Below, in pieces: positions 9,127-17,888 of a stretch of DNA of 32,191 nucleotides. The position numbers were made by a program, and so were the translations under genes. The DNA is from a virus (lineage: Duplodnaviria; Caudoviricetes), in IMG/VR virus record IMGVR_UViG_3300044715_000401, positions 1-32,191 of that record. The stretch is one strand, 5' to 3'. The notes under the pieces are model-generated. The model saw only the letters and a list, made by a program, of their open reading frames with translations. It was not told where the DNA came from and did not search any database. Numbering within the stretch: the stretch's first letter is position 1; each line of letters opens with the position of its first letter.

Positions 9127-9333
9127 ATGTCACCACAACAGAAACAACAAGTAGTCACGAGCCTGCATCAGTGGTTCACGCTGATATTCCTCCCGGTTAT
9201 TGCACTTTTGCTTGGCGATATGTATCGAGACTTCAAGCAGACCAGAGATAAGGTCATCACGCACAGTGAGAAGATTCAAGAACACGATAGGCGAATAAAC
9301 AACATAGAAGGAAAGTTCTATGCTCGTAAGTAG
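9127..9333 (+). CDS. Putative holin (single TM helix plus coiled coil)
   Basis: Hydrophobic WFTLIFLPVIALLLG, then a charged coiled coil. Overlaps the endolysin start. ATG 9127 preferred over TTG 9121. Confidence 0.55.
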   Translation: MSPQQKQQVVTSLHQWFTLIFLPVIALLLGDMYRDFKQTRDKVITHSEKIQEHDRRINNIEGKFYARK

Positions 9334-9805
9334 TGCAAAACTGATACAATTGTATGGTGATCCCACTGTCGCAACGCAGGACTGGGAACACAAGAACATG
9401 ACCTACTATCGAGTGCCGGGTTTCATCAAAGAGAAGAACCAATTTTTACCAAATGTCATCTATATGCACCGCAAGTTCGTGCAGGTTGTGGATGTTTGGT
9501 TCACGGCACTGACATTTGCGGACTTGATTCAAGAAATACGCACCTATGACGGATGCTGGGTGGTCAGGAAGAAGCGAGGAGGAACTACACTAAGCATTCA
9601 TTCGTTTGGTATGGCGATTGATTTCAATGCCAGCCACAATCCTTTCAAGCATACACGCCAACAAGCAATCGACAAAGGTCTCAAGCCGTTCAGCGAGAAG
9701 TTCATTCAAGCCAGTCGGCAGTACGTGGATTGCGGAGCTGACTGGAAGAGTCCAGTAGACCTTATGCACTTTCAAATCAAAATAGAAGATTCTTATGGAG
9801 TTTAA
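9320..9805 (+). CDS. Endolysin, M15-family zinc peptidase
   Basis: SxHxxGxAxD motif (SIHSFGMAID) and C-terminal DLMHFQ. Confidence 0.88.
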   Translation: MLVSSAKLIQLYGDPTVATQDWEHKNMTYYRVPGFIKEKNQFLPNVIYMHRKFVQVVDVWFTALTFADLIQEIRTYDGCWVVRKKRGGTTLSIHSFGMAIDFNASHNPFKHTRQQAIDKGLKPFSEKFIQASRQYVDCGADWKSPVDLMHFQIKIEDSYGV

Positions 9806-11045
9806 TCTCGACCAAGCACGATTGTTCTATCGTGACACGCTACCTGCAACTAAGCCTGATAGCCTCATAACCAATCGTGACTTGCTGATACTTGACAATG
9901 GCGATAGCTATGTATGGCAATCAACCGGATGGGTCAAGGTGACCAATCCTCTGAAGGGAGCGCAGGGTCCTGCTGGTCCAGTTGGTCCGCAAGGTCCTGC
10001 TGGCAGTGGCGGTGGGATAGGTAGTATCGGAGGAGTGAGATATGTCACTACATGGGCAGAATTGCAGTCTGCGTGGCTATCGTTAGGTAGTGTGCGTAGC
10101 ATTCACCTTTCTGCGAACATTACCATGCAGGACACACTAACGATTCCTGCTGCGTACAATAATATACTTGAGTTGGACGGTCATGGCTTCACACTGACAA
10201 TCCCAACCAATGTAGCCAATGGATTCTTCAGGTCCTACAATAGCCTATCAGAAGCCAATGCAGGCATAGACTGTCAACTGCGATTCAAGAACGTGACTTT
10301 CTTAGGATCGGGCAGAACATCGAATGCTATCAACGTGCAGGCAACGTATGGCTCTTCATTCGAAGGATGTAGGTTCTACAACTTCGCTACCGCAATCAAG
10401 TGCGGATGGATGATGGGTACGCTGGTGCATCAGTGCTATTTCTGGGAGAACAACATCAGCATAGATTTCGACTACGCTCGATTCACCGGAGGAAGCAACT
10501 CAGCAAGCCAGTGCAATCATAGCAAGGTCACCGAGTGCAAGTTCAGACACTCAGCAGGTCAGTTCGCAGCCATTCGTGCTATCGCAGTCAGTGGCTTGCA
10601 GATACTCCACAACATCTTCGAAGGGGTGCAGGCAGGACCGCAGTACGAGGTATTCTTTGATGACAATGCAAGCAATGTGGTCAAGGAGGTCTTCATCTAC
10701 GGCAACCACGTAGAGCAGCAGCCAAGCATCGCAGCGTTCCACGTAAGACTGAAGGACGGATACGCTCACGTGGGTGGAATCTACTCGCAGTACGATTGTA
10801 CGCTCATCAGCTTCGATGCGAGTGCCTACGGCAAGATGATTGTCGACACAATACCATACCTGACTTCAGGCACTAAGTTCAATAACATCAACACGGCAGG
10901 ACGCTGGCAATTCATCAATCCACCTGCCACGTTCCTCATCACGGATGCGAGTAGATGGCTGAGTGTGTTGCCTATCAACATAAGCATCAACGGCTATGAT
11001 ACTAATGGTCAGAAACAATACTTGCAAGGAGTCAGCGTGAAATGA
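9795..11045 (+). CDS. Right-handed beta-helix (pectate-lyase-like) protein with short collagen-like repeat; possible tailspike/depolymerase
   Basis: Gly-X-Y run GAQGPAGPVGPQGPAG. Beta-helix-like repeats FEGCRFYNF, VHQCYFWEN, VTECKFRH, ILHNIFEG, IYGNHVE. Confidence 0.7.
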   Translation: MEFNLDQARLFYRDTLPATKPDSLITNRDLLILDNGDSYVWQSTGWVKVTNPLKGAQGPAGPVGPQGPAGSGGGIGSIGGVRYVTTWAELQSAWLSLGSVRSIHLSANITMQDTLTIPAAYNNILELDGHGFTLTIPTNVANGFFRSYNSLSEANAGIDCQLRFKNVTFLGSGRTSNAINVQATYGSSFEGCRFYNFATAIKCGWMMGTLVHQCYFWENNISIDFDYARFTGGSNSASQCNHSKVTECKFRHSAGQFAAIRAIAVSGLQILHNIFEGVQAGPQYEVFFDDNASNVVKEVFIYGNHVEQQPSIAAFHVRLKDGYAHVGGIYSQYDCTLISFDASAYGKMIVDTIPYLTSGTKFNNINTAGRWQFINPPATFLITDASRWLSVLPINISINGYDTNGQKQYLQGVSVK

Positions 11046-11518
11046 TAATCATCATCCCTCAGAACTCGCACTACTCAAACGGATGGAGTCTTGGTAGTAC
11101 GCATTGGTGCAGGACATCAATGAGCTTTATGGTCAACTTCAGTGCATCGTGCTTGGAGTTGCCCGGAGTGTTTGAGTGTGATGGAGACTTCAACAAGCTC
11201 TTCGGCTGGTCGTATGGGTGGCATCACCGCAATAGCATCCGCATTGGCTGGAAAGCAGTTGATAACAAGATACGCCTTGCTATGTATACCTATGAGGACG
11301 GAAAGCGATACATCAAAGGATTTTCGTGGGCAAATGTAGAGGTGATGAATCAGGTCTCTATCAACTATGACCCGGTTACTGGTGTCATCGAGTTCAAGCT
11401 GAACGAAAAGTCAGCATACATGATGTACTCCAAGAAGCCATCCATAGGATACAACCTGATGCCATACTTCGGAGGACAATGCACTGCGCCTGCAACAATG
11501 CAAATACAACTACTATGA
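11042..11518 (+). CDS. Hypothetical beta-sandwich protein (possibly lectin-like)
   Basis: Aromatic-rich 158 aa ORF (DFNKLFGWSYGWHHRNSIRIGW) with ATGA overlaps at both ends. Confidence 0.55.
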   Translation: MIIIIPQNSHYSNGWSLGSTHWCRTSMSFMVNFSASCLELPGVFECDGDFNKLFGWSYGWHHRNSIRIGWKAVDNKIRLAMYTYEDGKRYIKGFSWANVEVMNQVSINYDPVTGVIEFKLNEKSAYMMYSKKPSIGYNLMPYFGGQCTAPATMQIQLL

Positions 11519-11760
11519 TTAAGTGGAGCAACTACTGGAAGCCTACAACCAAGACCATGAGAGCAGTCGGTGATACGCTACTTGGAGTCGGTACGCTGGC
11601 ATCAAGCTACGGGATCATGGAGGGCGAGAAGGACATTGCCATGCTATGTCTTGGCAGTGGCGTGGTAGGTAAATTCTTAACTAATTTTACCAAAGATGAA
11701 GGTAGAACTCCTCCTGCTGACTCTGGCGATATGTCTGACGATAATCTACCACAATCGTGA
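11515..11760 (+). CDS. Small membrane protein, second holin candidate
   Basis: ATG 11515 overlaps the upstream stop. Two moderately hydrophobic segments (AVGDTLLGVGTLA; IAMLCLGSGVVGKFL). Confidence 0.5.
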   Translation: MIKWSNYWKPTTKTMRAVGDTLLGVGTLASSYGIMEGEKDIAMLCLGSGVVGKFLTNFTKDEGRTPPADSGDMSDDNLPQS

Positions 11761-11882
11761 TACTCGTCATCTTGATACCAGTTCTCATCAGCATTGTACC
11801 TGCGTGTGCGTGGATAGCACACAAGTCAAAACCGAAGAATAGATATGTTCAGTCAGAATCAAGAGGAGAAGTACATCCTTGA
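11757..11882 (+). CDS. Small membrane peptide, 41 aa (MILVILIPVLISIVPACAWIAHKSKPKNRY...)
   Basis: GTGA overlap with the upstream stop and a strongly hydrophobic N-terminus. Below the ORF-track cutoff. Confidence 0.35.
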   Translation: MILVILIPVLISIVPACAWIAHKSKPKNRYVQSESRGEVHP

Positions 11883-12417
11883 ATATTTCAAAAACAAGGT
11901 AGGTCGCTTCCTTGATATTGGTGCTTATGATGGTAAAGCACTCAGCAATACCTATGCACTCGTTCAACGTGGATGGACTGGAGTAATGATCGAAGGCTCT
12001 CCGAGTGTGTACGAATTGCTATGTGAGAACGTACCCAGCAATGATATCACCAAGCTCAACATGATAGTAAGCATGGACAACGATGCTGATGTGGTTTTCT
12101 ACGATAATCTGCAAGCGACTGCCACGATGAACTTGGAGAACGTGCGTAAGTGGGAGAAGGAAACACCGTTCACTACGATACAACGCAGATCTACGCACTA
12201 CGAGAAAATGCTTGAGACTACCGGGACTGAGTTCGATTTTGTGTCAATTGATGTCGAAGGAGGTAGTGTTGAGTTGTTCTTCGGTTTGTTCCCGATCCTG
12301 ACTACTGTGCAGTGCTGGTGTGTCGAGCATGATAACAATGACCAAGCTATTCGGAAGCTATGCAGTGGGTGGAAAGTATTGTATTTCAATGCTGAAAATA
12401 TCATTATTGGGCGATGA
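11845..12417 (+). CDS. FkbM-family SAM-dependent methyltransferase
   Basis: FSQNQEE start, FLDIGAYDG...SNT and FDFVSIDVEG motifs. Confidence 0.88.
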   Translation: MFSQNQEEKYILEYFKNKVGRFLDIGAYDGKALSNTYALVQRGWTGVMIEGSPSVYELLCENVPSNDITKLNMIVSMDNDADVVFYDNLQATATMNLENVRKWEKETPFTTIQRRSTHYEKMLETTGTEFDFVSIDVEGGSVELFFGLFPILTTVQCWCVEHDNNDQAIRKLCSGWKVLYFNAENIIIGR

Positions 12418-12439
12418 ACGGTTGTAACTTAGTAGTAGC

Positions 12440-12703
12440 ATGGACCAGCTACTACACCTCACAATACTCATCACGGATGAGGACGAATTGACCGGGCAAG
12501 ACAAGACCTATCGTAGGCGAGCCGTAGTGCCGTATGAATCGATAGGATACATCTGTGAGGGGGTAGATAAGAAAACGATTGAACTGGTCTTGATTGATGG
12601 CGAGATACTGGTATCAGACGAAAAGCTCGATATCATTAGCGAGCAATGGCAGGCTTGGCAGAATGATACTCGTAGATACTTCTTTCAATCGTTGAATAAT
12701 TAA
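12440..12703 (+). CDS. Hypothetical protein
   Basis: 87 aa with TAATG overlap into the next gene. Preceded by a variant promoter-like TAACTTAG (12425-12432). Confidence 0.6.
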   Translation: MDQLLHLTILITDEDELTGQDKTYRRRAVVPYESIGYICEGVDKKTIELVLIDGEILVSDEKLDIISEQWQAWQNDTRRYFFQSLNN

Positions 12704-13686
12704 TGAGCAAGGTAACCAAGTCAGATGTTGTTCGTGATTTTCTGAGAAACTATGCGAACAAAGAGCAAATAACAAGAGTCAGGCAGATGGCTCGTATCAT
12801 CTTAGACTCAGAGGTAGGTCATCTTTTTAATGACATCGAAGACGTGCGTGGAATCTTGCGTAATGTCATCAATCGACCTGAGGAGATGGACTTGTCACAT
12901 TTTGACAACTCTATCCAAGATAATATGCCACGAATAGAGATTGACAATTCACCATATGTCATCAAGGGTAAAGACATTCTGATACTATCTGACTTACAGT
13001 TCCCCTATTATGATAAAGATGCTTTTCGCATAGCAGTCAAGTACGCCAAGCAGCAATACAAGAATCTTGATAAGATATTTATCAACGGAGATTGGTTTGA
13101 TTTTTATCAGGCAAGTGACTATATGAAAGACCCTCGTCTCATGAGGGTCAAGGATGAGTTAGATGGTGGGTGTGATCTTATCAAGATGCTACAAGACGAG
13201 TTCGGTGTTGAGATAGTGCTGAAGTTTGGCAACCATGAGGAGAGGTTCGACAACTACATACTTAAGCGAGCAGGCGAAATGAAGGGCATACCTGAGTTTG
13301 AACTGCAAGCCTGCATACTCAAGCGAGTGGAGGACGGTCTCACCATCGTCAAGGACAAGCGCATAGTCAAGATTGGCAACTTGAATGTCTTGCATGGTCA
13401 CGAGTTTCGAAGAGGTATGTCATCGCCAGTCAATCCTGCTCGTGGACTTTGGACCAGAGCCATGACATCTGCTCTGCAAGGCGATTGTCATCAGCCAAGC
13501 ACGCATTATGAGAAAACGCTTGATGGAAGGATCTACGTGACTTATAGTACCGGGTGCTTGTGCCAGCTTAATGCGACATATATGCCATACAACAAGTGGC
13601 TGCATGGTTTCGCACGTTGTCAAGTCGAGGAATCTGGAGAATTTTGGCTTCAGAATCGCATAATTACCAACGGGAAGGTATTCTGA
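12703..13686 (+). CDS. Calcineurin-like metallophosphoesterase with N-terminal extension
   Basis: Motifs SDLQ, GDWFD, GNHE, HGH and GDCH. Confidence 0.85.
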   Translation: MSKVTKSDVVRDFLRNYANKEQITRVRQMARIILDSEVGHLFNDIEDVRGILRNVINRPEEMDLSHFDNSIQDNMPRIEIDNSPYVIKGKDILILSDLQFPYYDKDAFRIAVKYAKQQYKNLDKIFINGDWFDFYQASDYMKDPRLMRVKDELDGGCDLIKMLQDEFGVEIVLKFGNHEERFDNYILKRAGEMKGIPEFELQACILKRVEDGLTIVKDKRIVKIGNLNVLHGHEFRRGMSSPVNPARGLWTRAMTSALQGDCHQPSTHYEKTLDGRIYVTYSTGCLCQLNATYMPYNKWLHGFARCQVEESGEFWLQNRIITNGKVF

Positions 13687-13696
13687 ACTGCAAATA

Positions 13697-13782
13697 TTGC
13701 TACTGATAATCAATCAGTTAGCAAAATAGTTGTGCTTTTGTGCTTTTCAATGTTGCTAATTACAAAAGTTGATGTATATTTG
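13697..13782 (+). promoter_or_regulatory. Early promoter region (-33 TTG / -7 TATATTTG) with upstream inverted repeat and IHF-like site
   Basis: TTG 13753-13755, 19-nt spacer, TATATTTG 13775-13782. AATCAATCAGTTA (13708-13720) fits WATCAANNNNTTR inside an imperfect palindrome (13697-13724). Confidence 0.7.
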
Positions 13783-13810
13783 CTCCATCAAACAACAACA
13801 ACTAACAACT

Positions 13811-14131
13811 ATGGCAACTTTAAAAGACATCAACACGGCAGGTTTTAATCTTATCGAAGAGACTAAGGTATTCGATGGTTCACATTATCACTTATTGATT
13901 GTGCGCTTTGAGCATAATGGTAGGTTATATGCTTACTCTATCCACAGAGAAAATAAAACAACCACGCACAACCTTGGTAGTTACATACAATGTGCATCAC
14001 GTACACAATGGGAGGCAGATAACGGTTTTGCATCTACACGTAAGGTTAAGAACTACCAAGATGTATCAAAGTTCGAAGATGCAGTAAAGCGCATACAGAA
14101 GATGTATGATGCATACCACAACAACAACTAA
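13811..14131 (+). CDS. Hypothetical early protein
   Basis: ATG 13811 follows a CAA-rich leader downstream of the promoter. Confidence 0.65.
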   Translation: MATLKDINTAGFNLIEETKVFDGSHYHLLIVRFEHNGRLYAYSIHRENKTTTHNLGSYIQCASRTQWEADNGFASTRKVKNYQDVSKFEDAVKRIQKMYDAYHNNN

Positions 14132-14198
14132 AAATTCTTATCGGGGAGCAGCATCCGACCAACTGCATCTTAGTTCAACAACATAAACAACAACAACT

Positions 14199-14396
14199 AT
14201 GGAAACTCAAATCTACAACAACAACGAAGCATTCGTAACTGCTTGCAATGCAAACTCAGTAGCACCTACAACTGTGACCTATGAAGGTCAAGAGGTGCAA
14301 GGCGCACTGGTGCGTGATGACAATGGTCAAGTGACTATCATGCTTGTGTGTGATCAGGCTGCGTGGGAAAATTCAGAATACAAAAACAGATACTAA
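14199..14396 (+). CDS. Hypothetical early protein
   Basis: 65 aa with CAA-rich leader ending ACAACTATG. Confidence 0.65.
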   Translation: METQIYNNNEAFVTACNANSVAPTTVTYEGQEVQGALVRDDNGQVTIMLVCDQAAWENSEYKNRY

Positions 14397-14635
14397 TGAA
14401 ACAACACGAATTAAAACAATTGCGGTCAGACCTCAAGTTCGGTGATGTCACAACAATCGCCAACGAAGTAGGATGTAGCACTGCAACCGTGCAGGCAGCA
14501 CTGCGAGGCACTGCGATGACAGATACGGCGAAGATGGTTATTGCCCATGCGCAGAAGCTTGTTCAGCAACGTGCTGAACGTATCGAATATCTGAAAAGTG
14601 TCATCAAACCACTATACAAGCGCACCGATGATTAA
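14396..14635 (+). CDS. Helix-turn-helix DNA-binding protein
   Basis: VTTIANEVGCSTATVQAALRG is a classic HTH pattern. TAATG overlap gives start 14396. Confidence 0.75.
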   Translation: MKQHELKQLRSDLKFGDVTTIANEVGCSTATVQAALRGTAMTDTAKMVIAHAQKLVQQRAERIEYLKSVIKPLYKRTDD

Positions 14636-14753
14636 AATGCTCGTCACCAATAGCTTCACCCAGTACCTGCGCTGGTGTGAACTGCTCGAATCGGACTGTA
14701 CTAACATATATGTAACCGCCAATGGAACACTCCTCTTTAGTTTTGACCTCTAA
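14628..14753 (+). CDS. Hypothetical protein, 41 aa
   Basis: MIKMLVTNSFTQYLRWCELL..., fills the gap and overlaps both neighbours. Confidence 0.4.
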   Translation: MIKMLVTNSFTQYLRWCELLESDCTNIYVTANGTLLFSFDL

Positions 14754-14901
14754 GCACTTGACGATGCTTGCCAGCATCATCCGCACCGAGTTCGATGTTA
14801 CTCAGGACGATGACTATGCAGATGAATTGATAGACCTGGCTGCTGCGCTTGAACTATACGAGCTGGCACATGAAATGATAAAAGATTTCAAATTTAGATA
14901 A
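14722..14901 (+). CDS. Hypothetical acidic helical protein, 59 aa
   Basis: MEHSSLVLTSKHLTMLASIIRTEFDVTQDDDYADELIDLAAAL..., ends just before the ERF leader. Confidence 0.55.
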   Translation: MEHSSLVLTSKHLTMLASIIRTEFDVTQDDDYADELIDLAAALELYELAHEMIKDFKFR

Positions 14902-14907
14902 ACAACT

Positions 14908-15492
14908 ATGACAACAACAACAAGCCAAGCCACTGGCATCATGTGGCACACGGACTCGCTATGGCAGTCCGAGCAGCAGGACAAAATGATTCCTGCGCTC
15001 TTAAAATTCCACAAGTCAGAACTGCGAATCTCAAAGGACCGCACCGTTCCGGTAGGAGGAAATCGCACCCGAAGCTACACTACGCTTGATGAAATACTGA
15101 GCAAGATCAAGCCAGTTCTGACCGACTGCGGACTTGTCCTGCATCAGTACCTTGCAGGTGGAGAGGTAGTCACTATGCTCACGCACGAGAGTGGGCAGTT
15201 CATAGCCAGCAAGGTAGCATTCGTGCCGATGACTGGTAATAATACCAACAACCTCCAAAACGCTGGAGGAGGCTTAACGTACCTCAAGAGGTACTGTATC
15301 TCAGCACTGCTCTGCATTAACGCAGAAGATGACGATGATGGCGCAACAAGCACTGGTACGGTACTGACACCCCTTAAGGACGAGCAGATTCCGACAATCA
15401 AGAAAGCCATCAATGAAGGCTATACGATTGACCAAATCAAACAGAAGTATTCGCTAACAACAAAACAACTTGAACTCATAAGCAATGACTAA
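14908..15492 (+). CDS. erf: ERF-family single-strand annealing recombinase
   Basis: YTTLDEILSKIKPVL and GGGLTYLKRYCISALLCINAEDDDDG match the ERF signature G...TY.KRY...DDD. Confidence 0.9.
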   Translation: MTTTTSQATGIMWHTDSLWQSEQQDKMIPALLKFHKSELRISKDRTVPVGGNRTRSYTTLDEILSKIKPVLTDCGLVLHQYLAGGEVVTMLTHESGQFIASKVAFVPMTGNNTNNLQNAGGGLTYLKRYCISALLCINAEDDDDGATSTGTVLTPLKDEQIPTIKKAINEGYTIDQIKQKYSLTTKQLELISND

Positions 15493-15979
15493 TCACCCAT
15501 TGGATATCACAGACCAAGTGATGCTTGGTTCCTATGACATCACTAAGGAATTAATCAAGCAGCACGCAGACCAGTTGCTTGAACTCATCGACAATGGTCA
15601 CACAGATGCAATCAGCATCGCTATCCAAGCCAAGTACCTCACGGAGGTGCTGGAGGCTACAAAAGAGCGCATACGTGAACTTGTCTGCGATGAGTTGCAC
15701 AAGTATTCCAAAGGAGAAGAATGCATCAAGCACGGTGCTTTATTCGCCCTCAAGGAAGCCGGAGTCAGCTATGACTACTCAGGCTGCGGAGACCCTACTT
15801 GGAATGATTTTAATGATACACTTATATTCCTAAAAGAAAAGATGAAGGAGCGTGAGAAGTTTCTACGGAGCATCAAAGAACCAATGACAATCGTTGATCA
15901 GTCTACTGGCGAGATAATCACTATCAACGCACCTATCAAACGCAGCACATCAACCTACTCTATCTCATGGAAAAAGTAA
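15485..15979 (+). CDS. Hypothetical protein in the recombination module
   Basis: 164 aa, overlaps erf. Helical with EAGVSYDYSGCGD. Confidence 0.65.
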   Translation: MTNHPLDITDQVMLGSYDITKELIKQHADQLLELIDNGHTDAISIAIQAKYLTEVLEATKERIRELVCDELHKYSKGEECIKHGALFALKEAGVSYDYSGCGDPTWNDFNDTLIFLKEKMKEREKFLRSIKEPMTIVDQSTGEIITINAPIKRSTSTYSISWKK

Positions 15980-16332
15980 CATTTGAGAATATCACCAATA
16001 GACAGTTTGCACTATTCATGTTCATCACTCTATCCCAGCAAGCCGAAGGCTGGGCGTACTTTCTCAAGGACAATCTTAAGATGGAGTCTAAGATGATTCT
16101 CAACCGCTACCTAAACGGTGCAAGGTCTCTCAACAACCATATCAAGGACCTCTATGACATGGACGAACTGAGCGAACACTCCGCAGTCTGGGGAGACCTG
16201 CTAAAACTCATGTTCGAACTGCCACTTGAGAAAAAACAACTACTGTACGCAGGTATGGTTGAATTCATAAATGGAAACATACAGATAAGCGATGAACCAA
16301 CTCAAGCAATCACTCATCCACTACCGGGATGA
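15967..16332 (+). CDS. Hypothetical protein
   Basis: 121 aa in a chain of overlapping genes. Confidence 0.6.
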   Translation: MEKVTFENITNRQFALFMFITLSQQAEGWAYFLKDNLKMESKMILNRYLNGARSLNNHIKDLYDMDELSEHSAVWGDLLKLMFELPLEKKQLLYAGMVEFINGNIQISDEPTQAITHPLPG

Positions 16333-16579
16333 CCTATTCGATAGGTATCTTGACCTCTACCAGCGCATCCAAGATTGGCGCAACGGCAAGTACCAATTCA
16401 AGACTCAGCATCTATACAATCGTGCGCATGACTATGGCAGGCTCAAGCGAGATTTCATACATTTGTTGGAAGCTGAACTCGATGTCATATCTTCGAAGCT
16501 TCGCAAGCTTGACGATGAGATCTGCCCAGTGCCATCAAACCTACCAAGCATCTATCAGCAACTGCGTGAACCAGTATGA
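16292..16579 (+). CDS. Hypothetical protein
   Basis: 95 aa with ATGA overlap into the next gene. Confidence 0.55.
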   Translation: MNQLKQSLIHYRDDLFDRYLDLYQRIQDWRNGKYQFKTQHLYNRAHDYGRLKRDFIHLLEAELDVISSKLRKLDDEICPVPSNLPSIYQQLREPV

Positions 16580-17019
16580 CCCTACAAGAACTCACTCAAG
16601 CAGTCCACGAGCTAAAGATGTCTAAGTACCCGCACTGCGCCAAGTTGCCTGAATACTTTCCCACTATACCATTCGTAGCGAACTCAGCAAACTCGCTGAC
16701 TCGCTCGATAGAAGCATACATACGAGTCACTGGAGGCTACGCAGACCGTATCAACAACACTGGAATCTATGATGCTAAGACTGGCAAGTGGCGTAAGTCG
16801 GGAACTCGCAAGGGCATCGCAGACATCATGGCAACCAAGAAAATCCAGTACGATGACCGTATATTCGCAGTTCCGGTAGCAATCGAGGTCAAGTGGGGCA
16901 AGGATAGACTCTCAGAAGACCAACTGAAAATAAAAGCCGAATACGAAGCAGCGGGTGGTGTCTATCTCGTTGCACGGAATTGGGAGCAATTCATTCAAGA
17001 CTATAATAATATCAAATGA
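16576..17019 (+). CDS. VRR-NUC / PD-(D/E)xK nuclease (putative Holliday junction resolvase)
   Basis: KGIADI ... AIEVK ... RLSEDQ ... AAGGVYLVAR. Confidence 0.85.
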   Translation: MTLQELTQAVHELKMSKYPHCAKLPEYFPTIPFVANSANSLTRSIEAYIRVTGGYADRINNTGIYDAKTGKWRKSGTRKGIADIMATKKIQYDDRIFAVPVAIEVKWGKDRLSEDQLKIKAEYEAAGGVYLVARNWEQFIQDYNNIK

Positions 17020-17342
17020 CACAAAAACTGACCTACATCTCCATCGGAGTCCTCGCACTCTTGTGCGTATGGCTGGCTCTCAAGCCACCACGAATCGAGT
17101 ACACACCTGCTCCAAGCAATGACTCGCTCATCGCTCGCATCGAGCAGTACGAACAACTCAGCCAGTCCTATGACTTGCAAATCCATTCACTGCGTGACTC
17201 ACTTGAATTCCTCTACAAAGAGATTGACCTGAGTCGCAACCGTATCAAAACTCTAAAACGAATCAACCATGAAAAAACTGCTGCTATCAGCAAGTATAGT
17301 TCTGACGAGCTTATCAAGCTACTCACAGACCGCTACAAATGA
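17016..17342 (+). CDS. Membrane-anchored coiled-coil protein (i-spanin-like)
   Basis: N-terminal TM segment (YISIGVLALLCVWLAL) followed by a coiled coil. Confidence 0.5.
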   Translation: MTQKLTYISIGVLALLCVWLALKPPRIEYTPAPSNDSLIARIEQYEQLSQSYDLQIHSLRDSLEFLYKEIDLSRNRIKTLKRINHEKTAAISKYSSDELIKLLTDRYK

Positions 17343-17688
17343 CTCACTCGTCTACCTGCCCAAGCGACTTGTCACACTGCTCGTACAAGACCTGATCACT
17401 GCCGACTCAGATAGGGAGCAACTGCAACTATGCGAGGACCTCAACGACCAACAAGCTGCTGCGCTGGAGGTCTCTGAGTCACTGCGTGGCAGACTTGATG
17501 CCAAGATAAAAGCAAAGGATGAACACATCACTGCACTGGAGCAACTCAGCGATGAGCAGGAGCAGTCAATCATCAAACTAACTAAGCAACTCAACAAGAA
17601 AACAAAAGCCAAGAGACTATGGACCACAGTCGCAATCACGGCAGTATTGGGAGGAATCTTCAATCACCTGAGCTGGAAATATCTGTAA
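17269..17688 (+). CDS. Signal-peptide, coiled-coil protein with C-terminal TM segment (spanin-like partner)
   Basis: MKKLLLSASIVLTSLSSYSQ signal, C-terminal LWTTVAITAVLGGIF. Overlaps the previous gene by 74 nt. Confidence 0.5.
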   Translation: MKKLLLSASIVLTSLSSYSQTATNDSLVYLPKRLVTLLVQDLITADSDREQLQLCEDLNDQQAAALEVSESLRGRLDAKIKAKDEHITALEQLSDEQEQSIIKLTKQLNKKTKAKRLWTTVAITAVLGGIFNHLSWKYL

Positions 17689-17861
17689 GCCATTACAAGC
17701 AAGGCAAGATTGAAGCTATCGAATACATACAAGCCAACTCACTGGACTTCTGCGAGGGAAATATCATCAAGTATGTCACTCGATACAAGCATAAAGGAAG
17801 ACCGAAGGAAGACTTGGAGAAGGCACGATACTACCTGAATAGACTCCTTGAGCGATACTGA
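17619..17861 (+). CDS. DUF3310 family protein
   Basis: HYKQGKIEAIEYI...FCEGNIIKYVTRYKHKG...EDLEKARYYL signature. Start uncertain. Confidence 0.85.
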   Translation: MDHSRNHGSIGRNLQSPELEISVSHYKQGKIEAIEYIQANSLDFCEGNIIKYVTRYKHKGRPKEDLEKARYYLNRLLERY

Positions 17862-17888
17862 CAATTCTAATCGGATTCACAACAAACT

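Noticed and set aside
11696-11842. Alternative 48-aa ORF (MKVELLLLTLAICL...)
   Set aside because: It competes with 11757-11882, which has a GTGA overlap. I cannot decide between them from sequence alone, so it is not called.
16329-16625. 98-aa alternative + frame ORF
   Set aside because: It overlaps 16292-16579 almost entirely and has Ser-rich off-frame composition, whereas 16292-16579 couples to the VRR-NUC gene.
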